Numbered from the stretch's first letter, positions 1 through 7,998 are shown. The stretch is DNA of 64,000 bases from Bdellovibrionales bacterium (GCA_965242635.1 OZ251471.1:331388-395387), one strand, 5' to 3'. The notes: generated by a model from the letters alone, not told the origin. Numbers and translations are program-made.

Positions 1-66
1 TTTGCTTTTTGCTTTTCACAAGCCTCCCCTCTTGCCTCAAGTGGGCAAAAAAAAGACCCTTATGAT

Positions 67-1386
67 CTAAGATTCTGTTTGAAAAACCCCGGCACAGGTT
101 TTTTTGTGCCCGGCATGGAGAGCCTGCAAACGGGAAAGCTCCCTGACAAAAACAGATTTTTCCCTTTTATTGAAATTATCCATCACTTTGGCCCTAAGCA
201 ACTCCAAGTCCTCTTTCACAAAGTGAGGGGCCGACACCTCCCATGTCCAAAAAGCATGAGCACGGACCAAAGGGGACAAATCCATGTGGCCGGCTATGGA
301 CCGCAAGGCATTTTGTGCCACCTCCGTTTTCATAAAATCCTCCAATGAAGGGGATCGCAATTGTTCCAAAAGGGCTGTTTGCAAACGATTTATACTGATC
401 TTGTGTGAAAATGCATGTCTCACATTTTCCTTGTGGGAGGACAACAGCCCAAAAACAGCACCCTTTTCAAAAGGCAGACCCCGTGGTGCAGGCAGAACCT
501 GCCCTGAGGGTTCTGCCTGCCCTGTGCCAGTTTGATTCAAGGCTCTTCTTGACAGATCTGTTTCTTCCATCACCGCAAATATTGTTTTAAAAAAAAATCT
601 CCCCGTTTCCTCCTTATTGGGCCAGGAGCTGTGCTTAAAAGCCCTGGTCGCCTGTGCTCTTACAAGAGGATAATCAAAAGGATTGGCTATCATATCTCTG
701 AGCCATTTTTCTGTTTCCGGTGCCAAATACCGAAATCGTTCCAGCTCATCAGAGCTTAAATCAGCTGTCCACTGTTTTGGGATCATTTCCCTGTAACCAG
801 GGAGCCGGGACAAAGACTTCTGCCGGGCGAAAACACTTTGTTTGGGATTCCAAGCCTCACTCATAACTTCATATTGAAATCGCAGGACAGGGTCTTTTAA
901 AATATTCATGCCCTTTTTTATCTCTCCAAGCCATAAATCCTCCTCCAACAAAGACAAAAACACCTGATTGAATATTTGTGGTTCTTCTTTTCTGACAAGA
1001 AAAAGAGCCGATAAAATATCCCGATCGGAAAGGAGCCTTTTCAATAACAAAGCATGGACCATGTCCTCCCTCGAAGTGGCTTTGGTCACCACCAGATCCG
1101 GGTGGTCCGGATGAGGAATCCAATTCATAATCTGGTAATAATCAGGAAAATAAGCCCCCAAAGGGGGTTGCAAGACGGAATGTGTCCCTCCCGTCGAAAC
1201 ATCCCGCCCATTTGCCCGCAAAGGGGGTCGCAGAACAGAATGTGTCCCTCCGGTCGTGGCACTGTGCCCATTAGCCCCCACAAGGGGTGGCAGGACGGAG
1301 TGCTTCTCTCCAGTCGTGGCCTCAGCCCCATAAACCCAAAAGGCCTGAGCAATAAAAAAACAACACACAAATAAAAAATATTTCAT
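67..1386 (-). CDS. hypothetical secreted protein carrying in-frame repeat insertions
   Basis: 439-aa ORF. Hydrophobic N-terminus MKYFLFVCCFFIAQAFWVYG. Three 20-aa units (TGGTHSVLxPPLxA). The internal stretch NQTGTGQAEPSGQVLPAPRGLPFEKGAVFGLLSSHKENVRHAFSHKISI is the translation of the R1 repeat. Confidence 0.5.
   Translation of the reverse strand: MKYFLFVCCFFIAQAFWVYGAEATTGEKHSVLPPLVGANGHSATTGGTHSVLRPPLRANGRDVSTGGTHSVLQPPLGAYFPDYYQIMNWIPHPDHPDLVVTKATSREDMVHALLLKRLLSDRDILSALFLVRKEEPQIFNQVFLSLLEEDLWLGEIKKGMNILKDPVLRFQYEVMSEAWNPKQSVFARQKSLSRLPGYREMIPKQWTADLSSDELERFRYLAPETEKWLRDMIANPFDYPLVRAQATRAFKHSSWPNKEETGRFFFKTIFAVMEETDLSRRALNQTGTGQAEPSGQVLPAPRGLPFEKGAVFGLLSSHKENVRHAFSHKISINRLQTALLEQLRSPSLEDFMKTEVAQNALRSIAGHMDLSPLVRAHAFWTWEVSAPHFVKEDLELLRAKVMDNFNKREKSVFVRELSRLQALHAGHKKTCAGVFQTES
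391..538 (+). repeat. R1 REP/MITE-like element, long copy, in-frame inside CDS 67..1386
   Basis: TATACTGATCTTGTGTGAAAATGCATG...CCTTTTCAAAAGGCAGACC...GTGCCAGTTTGATTC. Aligns with the copies at 15991, 28263, 35231, 49157, 60737 and 63123. Confidence 0.85.
1152..1331. repeat. R2: three tandem 60-bp units inside the CDS, each with a GACGG..CCGTC inverted repeat
   Basis: Units at 1152-1211, 1212-1271 and 1272-1331 of the form AGCCCCCAAAGGGGGTTGCAAGACGGAATGTGTCCCTCCCGTCG... A fourth copy lies at 1798-1857. Confidence 0.8.
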
Positions 1387-1431
1387 AATACTGCTCCACT
1401 CAAATTTGTGAAAGCTTAAACAAATATTTTT

Positions 1432-1887
1432 TCACACTTGGTTCTCAACTTGTCCCTGCCTTGCAGGTCCGAAATAAGCCAGAGCCTCTATCTCCATATC
1501 AGCCCCTTTGGGCAGGTCTTTCACTATCACACAAAACCGGGCCGGAAAAGGGGCCTTGAAATAAGATCGATACACCTCATTCATCCGGGTAAAATCCTCA
1601 GCCCTTTTCAGAAAAATACCTGTCTTTATAATATGGTTGAAGTTTATTTTGTAAGTATCTAATATTATTTTAATATTTTTCATCACTTTTTTTGTCTGAA
1701 GACCTATATCACCGGAAACCAATGTTCCTGTGTCTGGATCCAAAGGGATTTGGCCGGAAATAAAAAGAAAGGGACCAGCTTTTCGGGCCGGCTCATAAGC
1801 CCCCAGAGGGGGCGGCAAGACGGAGCCCGTCCCTCCGGTCGAAACACCTGACGACCCACTCAGTGGCTTTTTTTGATTTTGAGACAT
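1432..1887 (-). CDS. ridA: RidA/YjgF/L-PSP family deaminase with a ~25-aa repeat-derived N-terminal extension
   Basis: GPFLFISGQIPLDPDTGTLV...FPARFCVIVKDLPKGADMEIEALAY is typical of the RidA family. The N-terminus SSGVSTGGTGSVLPPPLGAY is an R2 unit. Confidence 0.85.
   Translation of the reverse strand: MSQNQKKPLSGSSGVSTGGTGSVLPPPLGAYEPARKAGPFLFISGQIPLDPDTGTLVSGDIGLQTKKVMKNIKIILDTYKINFNHIIKTGIFLKRAEDFTRMNEVYRSYFKAPFPARFCVIVKDLPKGADMEIEALAYFGPARQGQVENQV
1798..1857. repeat. R2 solo 60-bp unit in the 5' end of ridA
   Basis: AAGCCCCCAGAGGGGGCGGCAAGACGGAGCCCGTCCCTCCGGTCGAAACA matches the units at 1152-1331. Confidence 0.8.
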
Positions 1888-2025
1888 AAAAATCCCCTTT
1901 CAGAGGACTGGTCTGCCACAAATTGTTGACCTGGTCAAACCAAACTGGCATACCACATTGACTCAAAAGTCAAAAAAAACTGGAAAAAGCTTGACTTTTT
2001 GGCTCTCAGGAGCTATAAACAAATT

Positions 2026-2401
2026 ATGGAATTTTTAAGGAAATACAGCCCTCTTTTCACTTTCGGGATATTGGCTATCGCCATTGTGGCCCTCATCATA
2101 GGCCAATTCAGGGATGTCAGAACAGAAGTCAAAGAGGTCCGAACGGAGCTGAAAGCAGATATAGCACAGGTCCGAACGGAGCTGAAAGCAGATATAGCAC
2201 AGGTCCGAACGGAGCTGACAGCGGATAGCACAGGTCCGAGGCGAAATTAAAGAGGTCCAAACGAAGCTGACAGCCCGGATGGATCGTATGGAGGCTCACA
2301 TGAACCGAACAGATGCCAAAATAGACCGGCTGGGTGATAAAATGGACGCCCTTATTGTCTCTCTTTCCAACAACAGAAAACCAGCCACCAAACCCCGATA
2401 A
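2026..2401 (+). pseudogene. small membrane-anchored coiled-coil protein (ELKAD repeats), apparently frameshifted
   Basis: MEFLRKYSPLFTFGILAIAIVALIIG is followed by VRTELKADIAQ x3. The third 33-bp unit is only 31 nt (about 2226). The coiled coil continues in the next frame (VRGEIKEVQTKLTARMDRMEAHMNRTDAKIDRLGDKMDALIV...) to TAA at 2399-2401. Confidence 0.5.
2137..2233. repeat. tandem 33-bp repeat (2 full units plus one 31-nt unit)
   Basis: GTCCGAACGGAGCTGAAAGCAGATATAGCACAG at 2137-2169 and 2170-2202. A variant lacking 2 nt lies at 2203-2233. Confidence 0.9.
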
Positions 2402-2428
2402 TAAAAGTCCCACAAGGGATGGGGTGGT

Positions 2429-3826
2429 TCAGGAGTCGTCTGACAATTCTTCGTCCAAATGATGTTTTCGCAGACGATAACGAAAAGCCCTTAAAGAAAG
2501 CCTGAGCAAATTGGCGGCCGGGGTTTTGGCTCCGCCGGTTCTCTGTAAAGCTTTTTGCAAAAGGCTTTTTTCCAACCCATCCATAAGCAGAGGCAAGTCC
2601 AGCCCTTTTTCCGGCAAAGCCACATTTAATTCAGAAGGAGCTATGGAGGGTTTTAAGGTTTTTTCTTTTAAAGCGGATAAAATATCCTCGTCCTCTATTT
2701 TTTTTCTTTCACTTAAAATCATCACCCGCTCCATCAGGTTTTCCAATTCCCGCACATTACCGGGCCAATGGTATTCCTCCAGCAGGGAAATGGCTTTTTC
2801 AGAAATGGTTTTCGTATCCAATTTGAGTTTTTTTTTGTGTTTTTGCAAAAAGTGCTGAACAAAAAAAGATATGTCCTCTTTTCTTTCCCGCAAAGGGGGA
2901 ATATTGATTCGGATCACATTCAGGCGATAAAACAGATCCTCCCTGAATTGCTTTAAGGCCACCATTTTTTCCAGTTTCCGGTTGGTGGCTGTGATCAAAC
3001 GCACTTCCACTTTTTTATCCGCCATCGCCCCCACCATCCTTATGGTCTTTTCCTGAAGGGCACGCAACAGTTTTGGCTGAACCATCAAAGGCAGTTCCCC
3101 TATTTCATCCAAAAACAGGGTGCCTCCCTCCGCCAACTCAAAAAAGCCTTTTTTGTCGGCCACCGCCCCGGTAAAAGAACCTTTTTTGTGGCCAAACATC
3201 TCCGATTCAATCAAAGTTTCCGGTATGGCCCCACAATTTACCGCCACAAAGGGCTGGTCCTTTAAAGCACTTTGGCTGTGAGCCAGACGAGCCACCATTT
3301 CTTTTCCCGTGCCACTTTCCCCTGTGATCAGTATATTGGAGGAGGAATGTGACAAATGTTGAATGTCCTTGACAATTTTTTGCATGGCCTGAGACCGGCC
3401 CACCAAAAAACCGCCCGTATCATGGTGTTTTTTGTCCTCTTTGTTTGTTTTTTGCAGTTTTAGAGCAGAAAACACCACCCGTTTTATTTCCTCCACATTA
3501 AAAGGCTTGGAAATATAATCATAAGCCCCCATCTTCATGGCCTGAACCGCCGTTTGTGTGGTGTCAAAGGCAGTGATAAGAATAAATACCATGTCGGCGT
3601 GAAGTGGTTTGGCCTTCTCCAACAGCTGAAGACCGGACATGCCTGGCATCTTCATGTCAGAGATCACCATGTCAAAGGATTTTTGTTTCAACAGCTGGAA
3701 GGCTTTGTCCCCGTTTTCAGCCACAGTCACCTCAAAGGCCTGGTCTTCAGACAGGCGGCTGAATAAAATCTGAAAAAACTCCCTAATGGAAGGCTCATCA
3801 TCCACAATAAGAATTTTTTTGCTCAT
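2429..3826 (-). CDS. sigma-54-dependent response regulator (NtrC/PilR family: REC + AAA+ + Fis-type HTH)
   Basis: The REC domain shows ILIVDDEPSIRE and ISDMKMPGMSG. Walker A is GESGTGKE. The GSFTGA (GAFTGA-like) loop is present. C-terminal HTH is AANLLRLSLRAFRYRLRKH. Confidence 0.9.
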   Translation of the reverse strand: MSKKILIVDDEPSIREFFQILFSRLSEDQAFEVTVAENGDKAFQLLKQKSFDMVISDMKMPGMSGLQLLEKAKPLHADMVFILITAFDTTQTAVQAMKMGAYDYISKPFNVEEIKRVVFSALKLQKTNKEDKKHHDTGGFLVGRSQAMQKIVKDIQHLSHSSSNILITGESGTGKEMVARLAHSQSALKDQPFVAVNCGAIPETLIESEMFGHKKGSFTGAVADKKGFFELAEGGTLFLDEIGELPLMVQPKLLRALQEKTIRMVGAMADKKVEVRLITATNRKLEKMVALKQFREDLFYRLNVIRINIPPLRERKEDISFFVQHFLQKHKKKLKLDTKTISEKAISLLEEYHWPGNVRELENLMERVMILSERKKIEDEDILSALKEKTLKPSIAPSELNVALPEKGLDLPLLMDGLEKSLLQKALQRTGGAKTPAANLLRLSLRAFRYRLRKHHLDEELSDDS

Positions 3827-3829
3827 ATA

Positions 3830-4192
3830 TCACTTTTTTTGTGCCATAGCCACTTTGGATTTTTGCCTGTCGGCTTGCGACTTTTGCAGGGCAGAAGGGT
3901 CTGCTTTGTGCACCATAGTCACAGCGGACTTTGTTCGTGCCGAACGACCTGCCTTTTTCAGGGCCAAAGCGGTGGACTTGTGCTCCACCATGTGCTGGAC
4001 CAGAAGAGTGCGAATCTCCCGGATATCAGCCTTCAGCTCCCGATTGTCAGCTTTCAGCTCCCGATTGTCAGCTTTCAGCTCCTGATAGTCTGTCTTCAGG
4101 TCAGCCTTCAGGTCGCTCAGACGCACCTCCATATAAGTGATAAGCCCCACCACTATAAAAACCACCACCGCATTATTCTTCAACCACTCCAT
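3830..4192 (-). CDS. small membrane-anchored coiled-coil protein (ELKADNR heptad repeats), 3 nt upstream of the regulator gene
   Basis: MEWLKNNAVVVFIVVGLITY TM segment. ELKADNR is encoded by 21-bp tandem repeats (about 4025-4085). SD GGAAAGGAGGG lies before the ATG. It is a paralogue of 2026..2401. Confidence 0.6.
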   Translation of the reverse strand: MEWLKNNAVVVFIVVGLITYMEVRLSDLKADLKTDYQELKADNRELKADNRELKADIREIRTLLVQHMVEHKSTALALKKAGRSARTKSAVTMVHKADPSALQKSQADRQKSKVAMAQKK

Positions 4193-4241
4193 AACAAGCC
4201 CTCCTTTCCAATAAAACCTGGATTTTCAAGGCACACAGGCC

Positions 4242-4269
4242 ATTATAACATAAGCGAAAAAAAAGTCAA
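4242..4269 (-). promoter_or_regulatory. sigma-70-type promoter candidate for 3830..4192 and the regulator
   Basis: The minus strand reads TTGACT, 16 nt, then TGT TATAAT (extended -10), about 45 nt upstream of the ATG at 4192. Confidence 0.45.
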
Positions 4270-4278
4270 GGCCACAAA

Positions 4279-4815
4279 GTGGACGATCTGAAGAAGAGAT
4301 TTGGAAAGAATGTGCTGAATTTTTGTCCCAAAGTGCTGAATATTCAGGATTTGGATATGGAAAAAGACACAAAGGGCTTGACATCCCGGCCTGTTTTGTT
4401 TACTTTAAAGCATATATGGCGGTTGGATGAAGCCAAGGTCCGCAAGTTTTTTATTTTGGGGCAGGAGCTAAGCCATGAGGAGAGGGAGGCTTTGGTTGGC
4501 CGGGCTGTGGACTATATGCGGAGATATGATCGAAACTTCAGTTGGAAGATGTTGCGGACTGTGGAGATTAAAACAATAAAAAGAAAGGGGGGAAGGATTA
4601 TGACTCCAGTATTGCAGTATTCATTGGATGAGGCACAGGAAAAAGGCATACAAAGAGGCTGGAAAAAAGGCTGGAAAGAAGGCGTGCAGAAAGGTATGCA
4701 ACAAGTTGCGTTAAATATGCTGAAAAAATCAGCGGATATGGCCTTTATTGCAGAAGTGACAGGCTTGTCTGAGGAAAAACTTAAAAAACTGAAAAAGCTA
4801 AAAAACAGCTCCTAA
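4279..4815 (+). pseudogene. Rpn (YhgA-like) family recombination-promoting nuclease, C-terminal remnant only
   Basis: The C-terminus KGIQRGWKKGWKEGVQKGMQQVALNMLKKSADMAFIAEVTGLSEEKLKKLKK is the characteristic Rpn tail. No PD-(D/E)XK N-domain is present. GTG start. Confidence 0.5.
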
Positions 4816-4846
4816 AAAAAACCATAGGCCAAGGAATGGTTGGTGA

Positions 4847-7516
4847 TTAAAGGCCACGGACAATGGGGCGTCTGCTACCCCCACGGTTAATGCCGGTGCC
4901 AGAACCTCCTTTGTCAGTATCACCCCCACCACCGGTATGGGTGGTGCCACCCCCGCCAGTATGGTTGAACGGCACAAGACCTCCACCTCCGCCCCCGGAT
5001 ACGATTTGATAATACTGCATCTGCAATCGTTGGATCTCTGTCTGTATATGACCTGCGGCCTGCATTTTTTGCATATAATTGTTCATTTGAGACTGCATAA
5101 AGGCCATACGTGCCTGCTGATACTGCATATAAGCCTGCATGCCTCCCCCACCCTGCATCATCATACCACCCATCATACCCATCATACCACCGCCAAAGGG
5201 ACCTCCGCCCCAAGCTCCACCACCAAAGGGACCTCCGCCAAAGGGACCACCACCCATGTTAATAACAAAACCCTGCATGCCTCCGCCAAAGGGACCTCCG
5301 CCCATCATCATACCGCCACCAAAGGGACCTCCACCCCAGGGACCAGCACCGCCCATGTTGATGGCAAAACCTCCCATACCACCACCAAAGGGACCTCCGC
5401 CCCAGGCTCCACCGCCCATGCTTTGCATGAGATACATTTGTTGCATATAGTGTTGTTGCCGTGCCATCATCATTTGCTGTTGCATGAAGGGGTTGCCGAA
5501 GACATGGCCATGCCCTCCCCATGCGGTGGGGGAGCAGGCCAGTGAGGATCTGGAGCTTCCAAAAATCCCTCCACCGTAAAGCCCTTTCATTATAAATGGG
5601 TAGGCCAGTTGCATGGCGTATTGGGGCTGGGCTGAAAAGCCCTGCATGTCTCTTAATTTGTTGGCTTCTTTTATGCCATAGTAACCCAAAGCGGCCGCCC
5701 CCACAGTCCCTATGATATTGCCAAAGGTCTCCCACCCGGAGGGGGCCGGGTCTATAATTTCTTTTAATTCTCTGAGCCTGTTTTTCATACAATCATCACA
5801 AGACTCCCCTTCTGTATCCGCCAGATTGTCCATATCATCCTGTATTTCACCCAGCTCCGCCAGTAACTCCTTTTCCTCTTTCTTAAGCTTTTTTCTGTGT
5901 TCTATGGCAGATTTTAACTTCTCAAGTATATCTACGCACAAGTCTGGGTCCAATCTTTCATTCTCTCCATCAATTTTTACTTTGAGACCCTTATCAACGG
6001 TTAAAACTTCTCCACCTGGCTTGCGAACAACACAAGAGTTTAATCTGTTCTGACAAATTCCTTCTGTGACAGTTCCTTCTTCGTCTTCATCTGTACAATT
6101 TCCCCATCGCTTCCAAGCCTTACATTCAGAATCTTCTTCATCTCCTCCTCCATCTCCTCCTCCATCTCCTCCTCCATCTCCTCCTCCATCTCCTCCTCCA
6201 TCTCCTCCTCCATCTCCTCCTCCATCTCCTCCTCCATCTCCATTGCTTGTTCCTTCTGCTGTTGGTGCTCTATCACCAGCACCAGCAGAAGGCTCATTTT
6301 CACTTGTTGCAAAACTACTTGTTGTAGGTGGCTGTGCATCATTATCTGTAGCATCGACACATTTATAGACGAGCTGGTTCCCGATATGAACCGTTACTGG
6401 TTTTATCTTGTTACTTGAAGTTGAACCCTCACAATTTATAGAATCCTTTATGGTTTCTAAGACACATTCCGGCTTACCCACAGAATCCACCCACACTTTT
6501 CCTTGTGAGCAAACACATTTTTCGCCTTGTACCATGCCTCCCGCTCTGTCTTTGCAGGGACCCTCCTGTCTAACACATCTTTTTTTAAATGGCTCATATC
6601 CCTGCACACACTGGGTATCGCTACAACCCCAAACACCAGGTTTTACTATTACTGCCACTTTATTTTGAGGATCACAGTCTTTTTGAGCCTGCTCTCTTGT
6701 TTTTGCTCTTTTTTCTTTTGCTACATCTTCTGCTGTGGAACACGTAGTGCCATGACTAAGGTTACTTGAATCAAACGACTCCTTATTATCACCGTATTTA
6801 CATACACAATTGCCTTTTCCATCTATAGGCTCAGCATTGGGACCACAACTGAATGCAACACATTGTGTTTTATCAAGATTTGGTTTATTTCCCTTTTTAC
6901 AGCTTGTACATATTACCTTTTCTTTAGTGCTGTCATACCCCTGTGTTAAACAGGATGACATCATACTACTGAAGGCGGGGGGGATGATGTGGGAGGCCAC
7001 TTTACGGGCCAAAGCCTTGGTGATCTTTTTTTCCTTTTGCAACTGCCATGACAGACCTTTCAAAAAAGCCAAAAAGGGAATCTCCTTTAAACTCTCATGG
7101 TAAAAGTTGCTTCTTACACTTAATGAATCGTCGTTGTCTTCACAATTGTCCGGACAATAATCGCAAGAGGCATCATCACGTGTTTGATCTTTTCCCATAT
7201 ATCGTACAATCTGGCTTGTTACATCTTGATCTTCATTATCGCCGATTCTTTTAGCTATTATCCTTCTTAGCTTCCTTATCTCCTGTTTAGTTTCTTTAAG
7301 AGCACTTTTATACCTTTCCAACTCCTCCAGTTTTCTCTTCTGTTTTTTTCTCAAGCTGGCTTCTGATGGGCCACGGCCATAGCCTGCCTGAAGAGCCTGC
7401 ATATATAAAGGCAAAGCACAATTGGCCCCGCCCTGCTGAGGCATCATATATGCTTTTGCAGAAAAACAAAACAAAACCAAAACCACAACAGCCACAAAGT
7501 GACTGACAATGGCCAC
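4847..7516 (-). CDS. large secreted or membrane protein: signal peptide, coiled coils, Cys-rich region, (GDGG)8, hydrophobic segment, Gly/Phe/Met/Gln-rich tail
   Basis: The ORF is open to 7723, but residues upstream of 7516 are translated repeats (RYVAIVSHF, SFPRKRES). The in-frame GTG at 7516 gives MAIVSHFVAVVVLVLFCFSAKA. The tail has six GGGPFGGG motifs. Confidence 0.6.
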   Translation of the reverse strand: MAIVSHFVAVVVLVLFCFSAKAYMMPQQGGANCALPLYMQALQAGYGRGPSEASLRKKQKRKLEELERYKSALKETKQEIRKLRRIIAKRIGDNEDQDVTSQIVRYMGKDQTRDDASCDYCPDNCEDNDDSLSVRSNFYHESLKEIPFLAFLKGLSWQLQKEKKITKALARKVASHIIPPAFSSMMSSCLTQGYDSTKEKVICTSCKKGNKPNLDKTQCVAFSCGPNAEPIDGKGNCVCKYGDNKESFDSSNLSHGTTCSTAEDVAKEKRAKTREQAQKDCDPQNKVAVIVKPGVWGCSDTQCVQGYEPFKKRCVRQEGPCKDRAGGMVQGEKCVCSQGKVWVDSVGKPECVLETIKDSINCEGSTSSNKIKPVTVHIGNQLVYKCVDATDNDAQPPTTSSFATSENEPSAGAGDRAPTAEGTSNGDGGGDGGGDGGGDGGGDGGGDGGGDGGGDGGGDEEDSECKAWKRWGNCTDEDEEGTVTEGICQNRLNSCVVRKPGGEVLTVDKGLKVKIDGENERLDPDLCVDILEKLKSAIEHRKKLKKEEKELLAELGEIQDDMDNLADTEGESCDDCMKNRLRELKEIIDPAPSGWETFGNIIGTVGAAALGYYGIKEANKLRDMQGFSAQPQYAMQLAYPFIMKGLYGGGIFGSSRSSLACSPTAWGGHGHVFGNPFMQQQMMMARQQHYMQQMYLMQSMGGGAWGGGPFGGGMGGFAINMGGAGPWGGGPFGGGMMMGGGPFGGGMQGFVINMGGGPFGGGPFGGGAWGGGPFGGGMMGMMGGMMMQGGGGMQAYMQYQQARMAFMQSQMNNYMQKMQAAGHIQTEIQRLQMQYYQIVSGGGGGGLVPFNHTGGGGTTHTGGGGDTDKGGSGTGINRGGSRRPIVRGL
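6141..6242. repeat. 12-bp tandem repeat (about 8.5 units) encoding (GDGG)n
   Basis: TCTCCTCCTCCA is reiterated on the plus strand. Confidence 0.95.
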
Positions 7517-7626
7517 ATAGCGACTGGCAAAGTAGCCACAAAGGGATTCCCGCTTTCGCGGGAATGACAGAAAGCGACTGACAATGGCCACAAAGTGACT
7601 GACAATGGCCACATAGCGACTTTGAT
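7484..7626. repeat. R3: degenerate 21-23-bp tandem units flanking a GC hairpin
   Basis: GCCACAAAGTGACTGACAATG / GCCACATAGCGACTGGCAAAGTA and similar units lie on both sides of the hairpin at 7546-7565. Confidence 0.75.
7546..7565. repeat. R4 hairpin ATTCCCGC-TTTC-GCGGGAAT (copy 1)
   Basis: Perfect 8-bp stem. The 25-nt block GATTCCCGCTTTCGCGGGAATGACA is identical to the copy at 7770-7794. Confidence 0.9.
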
Positions 7627-7770
7627 TGGTTTTATTTTTGCTCTTATGATTGTTCATGCAATTGTTGTTATAAAAATTTGTGTTCATATAAAAACTCCTG
7701 AAATCGTCATTACCAGTTATCAAAAAGCCCCTAAGTTAATCACCACTGAAAAGGTCTTTTAGACGACCAG

Positions 7771-7845
7771 ATTCCCGCTTTCGCGGGAATGACATAAAAT
7801 GACCTGCAATTAGCCACAAAGTGGCCCGCAACAGACACAAAGCCT
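7771..7845. repeat. R4 hairpin copy 2 followed by two R3-like 22-bp units
   Basis: ATTCCCGCTTTCGCGGGAAT at 7771-7790, followed by GACCTGCAATTAGCCACAAAGT and GGCCCGCAACAGACACAAAGCC. Confidence 0.7.
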
Positions 7846-7998
7846 TCATGTCAATAAAATAACACAAACACCCGAAAAACCAAACACCATAAAGCAAAAC
7901 TCACAATAAAAAGGACTTTTTAAAACAGAAACTGGACCAAAGGCCACATGGTGGCTGGTAAAAAAAGGCTTAAAATTGGAGCGGACCATAGACAAACA

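Noticed and set aside
1937-1955. Sigma-54 promoter upstream of the ELKAD mini-gene (CTGGCATACCACATTGAC)
   Set aside because: The spacing gives GG-N10-TG rather than GG-N10-GC. The stretch is just a terminal fragment of R1 (AAACCAAACTGGCA).
4937-5545. Plus-strand ORFs (202 aa, 103 aa PPPKGPPP-rich) and minus-strand ORFs 4920..5213 and 5259..5792
   Set aside because: They are alternative-frame or antisense readings of the GGN/ATG-rich repeats that encode the Gly/Met tail of the giant protein. Low-complexity DNA keeps all frames open.
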